Assembly: GCA_964291315.2 (NCBI GenBank)
Contig: OZ219753.1
Coordinates: forward strand, 2,912,001-2,976,000
Reading direction: 5' to 3'
Length of the DNA: 64,000 bases
From: Candidatus Poribacteria bacterium
GTDB lineage: Bacteria > Poribacteria > WGA-4E > WGA-3G
Below, one piece after another: positions 9,288 to 19,439 of this stretch. Positions within the stretch are counted from its first letter, which is position 1. Each line of letters begins with the position of its first letter. Under the pieces are notes generated by a model. The model saw nothing but the letters and a program-made list of their open reading frames with translations. It was not told the origin of the DNA and searched no databases. The position numbers and the translations under genes were made by a program.

Positions 9288-11975
9288 ATGTTTAATTTAA
9301 AAAAGATGATATTTCTGACACAGATAGTTTTATCGGTTTTTATAGTTTTAACGTTTGTGGTAGTAGCGCAGGACAGTGATGAGGACGCGCTGGCCACACA
9401 AACTGCATCAAGCGATGTGTCCTCTGAAGGTGAGACAGTAACGCTTGAGGGTATGGTAGTTGTAGGGACCCGTGCGAACCCGCGTTCGGTTCTTGAATCT
9501 GCAGTGCCTATTGATGTTTTGCCGAGTGATGAGTTTGTCAAACAAGGTGGGTCAGATTTACCTGATTTATTGAGAAATCTTGTTCCATCTTACAATGTCA
9601 ATGCGCAGCCTATCGCTGATGCAGCGACTGTCGTGCGTCCTGCAAATCTGCGAGGATTGGCGCCTGATCATACATTGCTGCTAGTTAACGGTAAGCGTCG
9701 GCATCGTGCTTCGGTAATTGCGTGGCTTGGCAATGGTTTGTCTGATGGTGCGCAGGGTGCTGATCTCTCGCCTATTCCGTCTATTGCTCTGAAGCAGGTA
9801 GAGGTGCTGCGAGATGGTGCTTCGGCGCAATATGGTTCCGATGCTATCGCGGGGGTTGTGAATTTACAGCTCCGGGATAGTTATCAAGGCGGTTTTCTTG
9901 AGATTAAACCTGGTATTTACCAAGCGGGCGATGGTCTCACGTACGCGGTGGCTGGTAATATTGGTTTGGGAGGTGAGGACCTCTGGACGAATCTGAGTGT
10001 AGAGTATGGCGGGATGAATGAGACGGATCGCTCTATTCAACGTGATGATGCGGCTGCTCTCATCAGTAGTGGCAATACAGATGTGGCGGACCCGGCTCAG
10101 CCTTGGGGGCATCCTATTCTTAGTAACGACATCAAACTTTTTGCGAACTACGGTGCAAGCATTACTGAATCGGTTAGCTTCTACGGTCATGCGAACTATG
10201 CTCAGAAAGAGGTTGAGGGTGGTTTCTACTTTCGGAATCCGAATACCCGCTCGGCTGTTTTTAGTAATAGTGGTGGTGAAACTTTGTTGGTTGGGGATTT
10301 ACGAGGGCTGGAAACAGAGATGGCGGCATGGGAGTCCCGGAAGCAAGCAGCAGAAGCTGCTGGCCAAGAGTTTACCGAGATGTCACCTCACGATGTTGAC
10401 GATATTCCAATAACTGATAATGTGCCGGATCCTGCTCGGTTGCAAGCGGTCAAGGATGACCCGAATCTATTTACGTTCCAAGAGCTATTTCCTGGTGGCT
10501 TCACTCCGCGTTTCGGTGCTGATACAGGAGATGCCTCTCTTCTCGTGGGGTTCAAAGGCACGGTCGTCGGAGATTTGGGATGGGATTTAAGTGCTTCTTA
10601 TGGACGGCATGCTTCCGATTTCTTTATTAGAAATACAGTCAATGCGTCACTTGGGCCGGATACACCCACTGAATTTGATCCGGGCAATTATATTCAAGCG
10701 GATACCAACGTTAATTTCGACCTGACCTATCCTTTGCATGACAGGATCTTCCTCGCGTCTGGATTAGAATATCGGACAGAGACTTTTGAGATTATACAAG
10801 GACAGGTTGAGTCTTGGGAGATCGGCCCGTTGGCAAGCCAAGGGTTTAGTTCGGGTTCCAACGGTTTTCCCGGTTTCAGCGATGTTGCTGAGGGAAGTTG
10901 GACTCGGTCTAACTTTGCTGGCTATTTAGAGGGCCAATTGAATCTATTAGACTTTTGGACGCTTAATGCTGCTGTGCGCGGTGAATACTTTGATGATTTT
11001 GGCAGCACGGTCAATTACAAAGTCGCAACGAATTACGGCATTTCTGATACGTTTAGAGAATTGCTTTATGTTGATCCGATAGTTGATTTAAGAGTTCGCG
11101 GCAGTTACAGCACCGGTTTTCGGGCACCGACACCGGGGCAGCAAAACGCCTTTAATGTCACAACAGAATTCGGTGAAAACAACACGTTAGTCAACAAAGG
11201 TACGATTCCTTCTACGCATGCTGCTGCAGGTTTAGTGGGCGGTAAGCAACTTGAACCGGAGATGTCAAAGAATTTCACGGTTGGAACGGTTGTTGATCAT
11301 GCGATTGCGAGTATCACTATTGACTATTTCAATATCAAGGTTGAGGATCGGTTGGCTCCTTCAAAGGATTTCAATCGTGGCGAAGATATTACGGAAGAAC
11401 AGATTCAGCAGTTGGTTGCTGAGGGCATTACAAGTGCTGGGAACCTGCAAGAATTCCGCTTTTTTACCAACGAGTTTGAAACGAGTACTCAAGGGATCGA
11501 TGTGATTCTGACAGCTCCGATATTGAACGGTGCCCTAAGCGTCGCTTACAATTGGTCGTCCACAGAAGTAACCGACTATAATCCGGATATTCTCAATGAT
11601 GTCCGTGTGAGACTCTTGCAGGAAGGTGTTCCTCGCCGTCGTGGCAATGTGACACTCACACAAGGTATTGGAGATAATTTAGGCGTATTGGGACGCGTTA
11701 ATTACTACGGGCCTTGGTATGAAAATGCCGTAGGAGCACAAACTTACGGTGAGGCGGTCTTGGTAGACTTTGAAGCTAGTTACGCGATTGTTGAAAACCT
11801 AGGGATCACAGTTGGTGTCAACAATGTTCTCAATGTTGAACCAGACAACGTAACTTGGTCGGACCCTGATAATGAGAACTATACGGGCGAGAATGTTGGT
11901 AGACCCTTCGGCGAATATAGTCCTTATGGATTTGGCGGAGCGTTCTGGTATACTAAGGTTGGTTATAGTTTCTAA
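9288..11975 (+). CDS. TonB-dependent receptor (copy 2, paralog of 6447..9026)
   Basis: Same plug and barrel motifs, C-terminal TKVGYSF; ORF opens at 9222 but AGGAG at 9267-9271 favours TTG 9279 or ATG 9288. Confidence 0.93.
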   Translation: MFNLKKMIFLTQIVLSVFIVLTFVVVAQDSDEDALATQTASSDVSSEGETVTLEGMVVVGTRANPRSVLESAVPIDVLPSDEFVKQGGSDLPDLLRNLVPSYNVNAQPIADAATVVRPANLRGLAPDHTLLLVNGKRRHRASVIAWLGNGLSDGAQGADLSPIPSIALKQVEVLRDGASAQYGSDAIAGVVNLQLRDSYQGGFLEIKPGIYQAGDGLTYAVAGNIGLGGEDLWTNLSVEYGGMNETDRSIQRDDAAALISSGNTDVADPAQPWGHPILSNDIKLFANYGASITESVSFYGHANYAQKEVEGGFYFRNPNTRSAVFSNSGGETLLVGDLRGLETEMAAWESRKQAAEAAGQEFTEMSPHDVDDIPITDNVPDPARLQAVKDDPNLFTFQELFPGGFTPRFGADTGDASLLVGFKGTVVGDLGWDLSASYGRHASDFFIRNTVNASLGPDTPTEFDPGNYIQADTNVNFDLTYPLHDRIFLASGLEYRTETFEIIQGQVESWEIGPLASQGFSSGSNGFPGFSDVAEGSWTRSNFAGYLEGQLNLLDFWTLNAAVRGEYFDDFGSTVNYKVATNYGISDTFRELLYVDPIVDLRVRGSYSTGFRAPTPGQQNAFNVTTEFGENNTLVNKGTIPSTHAAAGLVGGKQLEPEMSKNFTVGTVVDHAIASITIDYFNIKVEDRLAPSKDFNRGEDITEEQIQQLVAEGITSAGNLQEFRFFTNEFETSTQGIDVILTAPILNGALSVAYNWSSTEVTDYNPDILNDVRVRLLQEGVPRRRGNVTLTQGIGDNLGVLGRVNYYGPWYENAVGAQTYGEAVLVDFEASYAIVENLGITVGVNNVLNVEPDNVTWSDPDNENYTGENVGRPFGEYSPYGFGGAFWYTKVGYSF

Positions 11976-12015
11976 GAAGCACAACGTTTTTTAGCTTATA
12001 TGAGGTCTATATCAA

Positions 12016-12849
12016 ATGAGCAACCGAAACAAGGATGCAGAGTACACAATGGGGCGCAGTGAGAGCGAGACACAGCGTCTAATGGAGCAATCGCAGCTTT
12101 ATGATGACATAACACGTCGCTTTTTCCTTAGAAGCGGCATCGACAAAGGCATGAAAGTTCTTGATGTTGGAAGTGGTGCTGGCGATGTCGCTTTGACTCT
12201 TGCTGAATGTGTCGCCTCCGGTGGAACTGTAGTCAGCGTAGATGTCAACCCTGATGTCGTCAAAACTGCACAGGGGCGAGCGGAGGCAGCGGGTTATTCG
12301 AACATAGAGTTTATTGTGGGCGATATCCGAACCCTTGAACTCCCCAATGACTTCGATGCGGTTGTAGGAAGACTCGTTCTGATGTATATAGCAGATCCGT
12401 CGGAGCTCCTCAGGCATTTGGCAACACGGTTGAAACCCGGTGGAATTCTCGGCTTTCAGGAAGGCGATTTTAGACTTCATGCAGGGATGGCGCATCCTGA
12501 TACACCGTTCGCAAATCAATTGATTGAATGGGGAAGGGCTGTATTTGAACGCTCAGGGGCACATATGGAGATGGGTATAGACCTTTATAAGGCGTTCGTT
12601 AATGCTGGTCTACCTGAACCTGCCTTACATTTTGAGGCACTGATGGGTGGCCCCAACGACTGGCCCGGGTACGAGTATCTTGCTAACACCTTTAGAAGTC
12701 TTGTTCCACTGATAGAGGCGTATGGTATTGCTACCGCTGATGAGGTGGATGTAGATACGATTACTGAACGTCTGCAAGCAGAAGTTGCTGTAACGAAACG
12801 CCCGTTTGTATTACCTCCGCATGTCACTGCCCATACGTCAGTGGGATAA
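12016..12849 (+). CDS. Class I SAM-dependent methyltransferase (copy 1)
   Basis: VLDVGSGAGDV, FDAVVGRLVLMY, LKPGG. Confidence 0.9.
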   Translation: MSNRNKDAEYTMGRSESETQRLMEQSQLYDDITRRFFLRSGIDKGMKVLDVGSGAGDVALTLAECVASGGTVVSVDVNPDVVKTAQGRAEAAGYSNIEFIVGDIRTLELPNDFDAVVGRLVLMYIADPSELLRHLATRLKPGGILGFQEGDFRLHAGMAHPDTPFANQLIEWGRAVFERSGAHMEMGIDLYKAFVNAGLPEPALHFEALMGGPNDWPGYEYLANTFRSLVPLIEAYGIATADEVDVDTITERLQAEVAVTKRPFVLPPHVTAHTSVG

Positions 12850-12885
12850 ACAGAAAAGAGCGTTCTAAAAGAGAAGGCTGCGTGC

Positions 12886-13746
12886 ATGACGAAGCATAGG
12901 TCAAAAAACTTAAGCCTATTTAATCGAGATGCTACCTATACATTAGGTCGCACCTCACATGAAACGACACGCCTCATTGAGCAATCCAGGATTTATGGAG
13001 AGTCAACATGGCGTTTCTGTAAACGGGCGGGTATTACTGCGGGGATGCATGTGCTTGAGATCGGCAGTGGTGCCGGTGACGTTGCTCTTGCCCTCGCTGA
13101 ACTCGTTGGGTCGACCGGGCGTGTCGTTGGTGTAGATGTGAATGCGAGCATTCTCGACACGGCTCGGCGGCGTGCTGCTGCTGCTGACATGCAAAACGTT
13201 GAATTTGTTGCTGGTGATGCCCGGACGGTTGATTTTTCGAACAAGTTTGATGCAGTTGTTGGACGGTTTGTCCTGATGTACTTGGCTGATCCTCGGAAGG
13301 CGTTGGCGAGTTTCATAACACAGGTAAAGCCTGGTGGTATTGTCGCGTTCCAGGAGCCGGAGTATACGCTCTATCCTGCTTTTTTTCACCGGGATACGCC
13401 GCTCATGAACCAACTGATTGAATGGATCGTAAACGTATTTGAACGGTCAAGGGCACATCTTGACACAGGGATTGGGCTTTATCGGATTTTCGTGGATGCA
13501 GGTTTGCCTGCTCCGTCGATGCACCTTCAGTCTCCGATAGGTGCTGGGGAAGAATGGGTAGGGTACCGGTATATGGTAACCATTTTCCAAAGTCTTCTTC
13601 CGCTCCTTGAGAAATATGGGCTTGCAACGGCGGAGCAGGTTGATGTAGATACGTTAGGAGAACGCCTCCGTCAAGAGTCTCTGACATCAAAGCGCCCTTT
13701 CTTCTTACCGCTACATGTAACAGCACACGCTGTGCTTCCAACCTAA
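12886..13746 (+). CDS. Class I SAM-dependent methyltransferase (copy 2, paralog)
   Basis: VLEIGSGAGDV, FDAVVGRFVLMY, VKPGG; colinear with the upstream gene. Confidence 0.9.
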   Translation: MTKHRSKNLSLFNRDATYTLGRTSHETTRLIEQSRIYGESTWRFCKRAGITAGMHVLEIGSGAGDVALALAELVGSTGRVVGVDVNASILDTARRRAAAADMQNVEFVAGDARTVDFSNKFDAVVGRFVLMYLADPRKALASFITQVKPGGIVAFQEPEYTLYPAFFHRDTPLMNQLIEWIVNVFERSRAHLDTGIGLYRIFVDAGLPAPSMHLQSPIGAGEEWVGYRYMVTIFQSLLPLLEKYGLATAEQVDVDTLGERLRQESLTSKRPFFLPLHVTAHAVLPT

Positions 13747-13786
13747 ATTACCTAGAGTTTGATAGATACTTCTGTGTTCACTCTGC

Positions 13787-16760
13787 CTATAGAGAATGCC
13801 TTGGGTCTGCCAAACTATGCAGGCTCATCACCTCATTGCCGCGCGGGTCGATGACTTTGACTGCGACCTGTTTATACGGTCCAGAACGGAACGGAAACGA
13901 CGTTGTACCACTGAACCGCTCAAACTGCTCTTCGTCAATAACGCCTTTCAAGGCACGGGCGATCTTCTGCCACGCCGTCTTGTCCGGGAAGAAGGCTTGC
14001 GTGATGCAGAACGTGCGTCCATCGTAGTCGGTATCCACAAACCACGCCGCCACCTTATCCGCACCCGCAGAACGCACGGTGTTGTCTGACGGGTCGTAGA
14101 TGTCCACGCCCTCCATCTTGACAATATATTCCTCTTCGCCGGCTTCCTCAAGGGTCGTGCGCGGCATTCCGAAGACGGTAAAGAGTTGCGTTGAGGGTGT
14201 CTGCTTGAGGAGTCCGCCCATTGCGACGTCGGGGTTGATGTGTGCCATGTGGATACGGACCCTGGGGTTCGGATCGTCTTGGATAACTGCTTGTGCCGCG
14301 CCGTCAAAACTGAACCCTGCGAAGACGAGTTCATCGTAGCCGCGGCGGGAGGCGATGGGCAGACACGCCTCGACTTGCATTGCGGTGATGGGGCCGTGCT
14401 GTGGTCCAAATGCGACAGCGACGGAGGATTCGGTATCGTAGTGTTTCCAAGTGCCTTCTGCGTGGAGGATATCGGCTTCGAGCGGGTCGAGGGTGTCGAA
14501 TTTCAAGGTGTTGTTATTAGTGAATCGCACGCCGTCGTGTCGGAGGTGATGTATCATCTGTTCGAGGTATGCCTCGGCATTGATCAGTTCGTGCGTGTCA
14601 GTTTGTGTGTCAAAAGTGTCTTCGCTTTCTGTGGGTTGTGCTGCGCTGGGCGGATCAAGGTCAAGTGATTCCTCTGCGGGTTGCACTGCCTCTACGGTGA
14701 AGGGACCGGTGACGCGCACTCGTTTTCTGTCGATGTGTGGCTGATCGACAAGTTCTTCGGTTTCAGATGCTGCGGCGATGCATGCGTTGATGTCGTGCAT
14801 CTTTGCTTGCCACGCTTTGCGGTAGTCTACGAGAGCGTGTTGTAGTGTTTTTGGCCAGTCGGGGTCTGTATCGAAGGGTACTTGCCAGTCGTTCCAGCGT
14901 GTATCTGGTAGCTGCCAGCGTCTTTTATCTGCGTCTGTGATAGCAGTTTTGCCGTGTTTTTTCTGTTTATCGGTGAGTTTTGCAAGGAGTTTTATGCGAA
15001 GCGGGGGGGGTAATCTGTGATAAGTTGTTGTTCAAAGCATCTAACTTCTCTTTCAATATCGGCTCATGCTTGGCAAATATCGGATCCAGGGCAGTGTTTT
15101 GAGCGATACTTTTGAGGGTGATATGTGGAACCTGTTTATTGATGAAACCACCCACGATGCCTTTTGACTCATCCTTGAGTTTGTAGTAATCAAAGGCTCC
15201 TGTCAATAAGCGTTGTCGGGCTAAGGCGACAGCCACGCGGCTGGTATCAATTGTTATCCAGCGCCTGCCCCACTGCTCGGCAACATAGGCGGTGCTGCCG
15301 CTTCCACAAGTTGGATCGAGGACAAGATCTCCAGGATCTGTGGTCATGAGAAGGCAGCGTTCAATGACTTTTGTTGAGGTTTGAACAACATAGTTAGGTC
15401 TAGCTTCACCAGTTGTGTCACTCCAAAAATTATTTATTCTTCTTCGTGGTACATCTTCCCAAAAAACAAACGCCCGTAACCGTCCGCTATCTGGCAAATG
15501 TAACCTTTGGGACTTCTCCAATCTCGGGATGGCAGATTCAGGATCAAATGACCATTGAGCGTTTTGACCTGGTAATATTTTACGATTGCGCAGAATTATT
15601 TCTCCACTTCTTACATCGCTCGGATGTTGACTTATTACGCGATCCGCCGACGTACACCATTTTCCGCCTTGTTCTAACAACTCAATTTCCTCAGCCTCAC
15701 TTATGGGTTTCACGAGTTCTCCGTATTGTGTCAAAATTCGGTTATAAGTTTTATCATCGGGTCGCTGGTTACTGTGTGTCAATGTTCCGTAAAGGTTATG
15801 TAATTTGGATTCGCTTTTATTTTTCGCGTAATGCAATATATAATCGTTAATTGCTTGTCCAGGGTTTGTGAAGTTTTTCTTTTTAAAAACAATAGCAGCA
15901 AAAGAATTTTCGTTTCCAAATACCTCGTCCATAATACACCGCACCCGATGCACGTTCTCATCTCCTATCTGCACAAAAATACTGCCGCTATCTGTCAACA
16001 ATTCCTTCGCAACAATCAACCGATCCCGCAGATACGCAAGATATGAGTGGATACCCAAACGCCACGTATCCCGATACGCCTTGATCTGCTCACGCTCACG
16101 CGTCAAGTCCTGCGGACGCTCTCTTACATCCCGCTGAAAAGTACTCGGTTGAAAGTTAGACGCAAACTTGATGCCATACGGCGGGTCTATGTAGATCATC
16201 TGCACCTTGCCACCGAGATTTTCACGTTGTGCAAGGGAACTCATCACCGTGAGACTATCCCCAAGAATGAGACGATTTGCCCAATCCACATCGTGCTGGT
16301 AAAAGTCAACGGCTGTGCTATAATCCTGCTGCGGGTCAGCGAAGAGTTCACGTTGGACGTTTTGGCGCTTTGCGGTTTTCAAGATTGCCTTGCTGCTGAT
16401 GCGTTCGTGGATGTGGAGTGCCACGGGGTCGACGCTGAAGGTTGCGTTCTCCTGTTTGCCTGTCCATTCAAGCCAGGGGGCGTGGTGTCGGAGTGCCTCG
16501 GCGAGCGTCTTGGCCTCCTCTGCGGAGAGGGCGCGTTGCTGTGCAATATGGAGAAATTCGGGGAGTTTGTCTGCATGTGCGTCTGGGTCGGATCGGAGAC
16601 TCGGTGGCAGGTGTGGGTTGTAGGCGTATTGTCGTTTCGGGGGCTCTTGGAGCTTCCCTTGTGCGGCGATGCCTGCGGGCGGGTTATTCTTTCGGGTAGC
16701 GCTGCCGTGTCGGTAGTCTCGGACCTCTTTTGGCTTAGCAGTGCGTTTCTTTTTTGACAT
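13787..16760 (-). pseudogene. Type III Mod-like amino (N6-adenine) DNA methyltransferase, frameshifted at a C8 tract (ORF halves 14967..16760 and 13787..14800)
   Basis: NRLILGDSL, YIDPPYG (motif IV), VLDPTCGSG (motif I), C-terminal VKVIDPRGNE; deleting one G from 15003-15010 joins the halves into a 990-aa frame. Confidence 0.85.
15003..15010. repeat. G8/C8 homopolymer at the methyltransferase frameshift
   Basis: Sequence gc-gggggggg-taat at 15001-15014. Confidence 0.9.
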
Positions 16761-16962
16761 TCTAGGACCTCTTTATGGAAATTCAATGGGTAAGTTGGTA
16801 ATGAGCCCTCTCGTTTTTTAAACACAAAACACAAATCCGTAGTATAATAATATATGATACCAAATTCTTGAAATAGGAATCAAGGATAAAGTAATCGCGC
16901 CCTTCCCGTTTGTGGTCGTGGATGCGTATAATAAATTTAAGGAAAAATAAAGGGATTTTTGT

Positions 16963-18009
16963 ATGGCTGATTTGAGAAATACTATTGCACACATCCTCGA
17001 ACACGAACAACGCTTGGAGAACGCCAATGAAGCAACCACCCAACAATACGTCGTTTTACCAATCCTACGGGCTTTGGGGTGGAACGATGCGAACTTAGTA
17101 TCTATGGAAATTCTACCAGAATGGACGATTGAAAGTAGAAGAGCTGATTACGCTTTACGTCTCCCAAAAGAAGAGAACCTTGTTGGACTGATCGAATGCA
17201 AACGGTGGGATCAAACAATCGGAAAGGACGGAGAACAAATTTACTGTTACGCCTGTATTGGAAATGTCCCGCTGGCGATAATTACAAACGGCAAACTTTG
17301 GCAGTTTTACCTCTCTCGGTGGGAAGGCTCAAGTTTGAGCGATAGAATTTTTTGTGAAACGAACATTGAAAACCGAGAAGAGGCTATTTCCGATTTGGAG
17401 AAATATCTCCTGAAATCGAATGTGGCATCAGGTGCCGCGGAGTTAGAGGCCGAAATAGCTTTGGAAGAAAGGCAGCAACCCGCTTCTTACGAGTCTAAAC
17501 CGGTTGATTCTAAAATTGACCTTACTCCCGGCCTGCTTGACAGGACATCAGCAACAAAGCAACCTCAGGTGTCTGCTAACCCTAGCCAAGAGTGGACAAT
17601 GGAACAGATTAGAAATTCAGTACCCAAAGAGGTAAGGGGCTACCAGGAAAAATACTGTGAAAAAAGGCAGCAACTGTTTTATAGAGCGGTTGCTGATGTA
17701 TTGAATTTGATTAAAGAGGAATGGGAATTAGAGCTAAAGTTCAGGAAAAGCTACTGTGGTTTTTTTCTTGAAAATCATAGAAGAGCTACGCGAATAAGTA
17801 GAATATTTGGTATTACTTTTACTGTGCAGCCGAGGCTCTTTGTCCGAATAATGAAAGAAGAGGCAGAGAAATTGGAACGTCAGTATGGATGTGAATTTTG
17901 TCCTGTTGATAAGCCTGAAGTAGACTACATTGATTACGATATCCCCGATAACATCACAATCCTTCGACCTGTACTTGAATTTGCTTACAAAAAACATAGG
18001 AAAGATTGA
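16963..18009 (+). CDS. HsdR N-terminal-like PD-(D/E)xK nuclease with DUF5655-like C-terminal domain (copy 1)
   Basis: NEATT...VLPILRALGW, PE...RADYAL, LIECK, Q...Y, ITNGKLW; no helicase motifs. Confidence 0.8.
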   Translation: MADLRNTIAHILEHEQRLENANEATTQQYVVLPILRALGWNDANLVSMEILPEWTIESRRADYALRLPKEENLVGLIECKRWDQTIGKDGEQIYCYACIGNVPLAIITNGKLWQFYLSRWEGSSLSDRIFCETNIENREEAISDLEKYLLKSNVASGAAELEAEIALEERQQPASYESKPVDSKIDLTPGLLDRTSATKQPQVSANPSQEWTMEQIRNSVPKEVRGYQEKYCEKRQQLFYRAVADVLNLIKEEWELELKFRKSYCGFFLENHRRATRISRIFGITFTVQPRLFVRIMKEEAEKLERQYGCEFCPVDKPEVDYIDYDIPDNITILRPVLEFAYKKHRKD

Positions 18010-19439
18010 TTTCGATACGTCTCCGCTCAAGCACTTCTCTGCCAACCTATTCAAAAGCATAGACATCAGTTCTTGATTTCTTATGCTATCTGCATAAATT
18101 AACATAGGAGAGGCGCTGATGAAACTGGCTAAATTGTCTGTGCTGATTGCATTGTTTGGTGCTGTCAGTTTTTATTTTTCAATAGGTATTGCTACAGCAG
18201 TAGTGGCTGATTTGAGAAACACTATTGCCCACATTCTCGAACACGAACAACATTTGGAGAAAGCCAATGAGGCAACCACCCAACAATACGTCGTTTTACC
18301 AATCCTACGGGCTCTGGGGTGGAACGATACAAACTTAGTATCTATGGAAATTCTACCAGAATGGAAGATTGAAAGTAAAAGAGCTGATTATGCCTTACGC
18401 CCCCAACGCGAGCGGAACCTTGTTGTACTGATCGAATGCAAACGGTGGGATCAAGCAATCGGAAAGAACGAAGAACAAATTTGCTTTTACGCCTATAGCG
18501 GAAATGTCCCGCTGGCGATAATTACAAACGGCAAACTTTGGCGGTTTTACCTCTCTCGGTGGGAGGCTCCAAGTTTGAGCGATAGAATTTTTTGTGAAAC
18601 GAACATTGAAAACCGAGAGAGTGCCATTTCCGATTTGGAGAAATATCTCCTGAAAACGAATGTGGCATCCGGGGCCGCGGAGTTAGAGGCCGAAACAGCG
18701 TTGGAAGAAAGTCAGAAATCTGCTTCTTACGAGTCTAAACCGGTTGATTCTAAAATTGACCTTACTCCCGGCCTGCTTGACAGGACATCAGCAACAAAGC
18801 AACCTCAGGTGTCTGCTAACCCTAGCCAAGGATGGACAATGGAACGGATTAGAAATTCAGTACCTAAAGAGGTAAGGGGCTACTACCAAGAAAAATACAA
18901 TAAACAAAGGCGGGACCTGTTTTATAAAAGGGTTGCCGATGTATCGAATTTGATTGAAGAGGAATGGGAATTAGAGCTAAAGTTCAGACAAAACTACTGT
19001 GGTTTTTTTCTTAAAAATCATAGAAGAGCTACGCGAATAAGTAGAATATTTGGTATTACTTTTACTGTGCAGCCGAGACTCTCTGTCCGAATAAGCAAGG
19101 GAGAAGCAGAGCAAATGGAGCGTCAGCATGGGTGTAAATTTTATGCGGTTAGAAAAGACCACATTTATTACGATATCTCTGATAATCCCGCATCCCTTCG
19201 ACCTGTACTTGAATTCGCTTATAAAAAACATAGCAAACCTTAACGCCGATATGTCTCCGCTCAAGCACTTCTCTGCTAGCCTGCCGAAATGCATGGACAT
19301 CAGTTCTTAATTCTGTTATACTATCTGCACAAATTAACATAGGGAGAGATGCTAATGAAATTGGCTAAATTGTTTGTGCTGATTGCATTGTTTGGTGCTG
19401 TCAGTTTTTGCTTTACAACAGGCATCGCTGCAGCAGTAG
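16964..19439 (+). repeat. Tandem duplication, unit ~1.24 kb (nuclease gene + intergenic + first ~28 codons of next gene)
   Basis: 16964-18202 aligns with 18204-19439; 17482-17590 identical to 18722-18830. Confidence 0.9.
18119..19243 (+). CDS. HsdR N-terminal-like nuclease (copy 2) with N-terminal signal peptide
   Basis: Paralog of 16963..18009 preceded in frame by MKLAKLSVLIALFGAVSFYFSIGIATAV; AGGAG RBS. Confidence 0.8.
   Translation: MKLAKLSVLIALFGAVSFYFSIGIATAVVADLRNTIAHILEHEQHLEKANEATTQQYVVLPILRALGWNDTNLVSMEILPEWKIESKRADYALRPQRERNLVVLIECKRWDQAIGKNEEQICFYAYSGNVPLAIITNGKLWRFYLSRWEAPSLSDRIFCETNIENRESAISDLEKYLLKTNVASGAAELEAETALEESQKSASYESKPVDSKIDLTPGLLDRTSATKQPQVSANPSQGWTMERIRNSVPKEVRGYYQEKYNKQRRDLFYKRVADVSNLIEEEWELELKFRQNYCGFFLKNHRRATRISRIFGITFTVQPRLSVRISKGEAEQMERQHGCKFYAVRKDHIYYDISDNPASLRPVLEFAYKKHSKP

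Noticed and set aside
16963-19243. Diversity-generating retroelement template/variable pair
   Set aside because: Differences are not confined to adenines, include indels, and no reverse transcriptase is in the window
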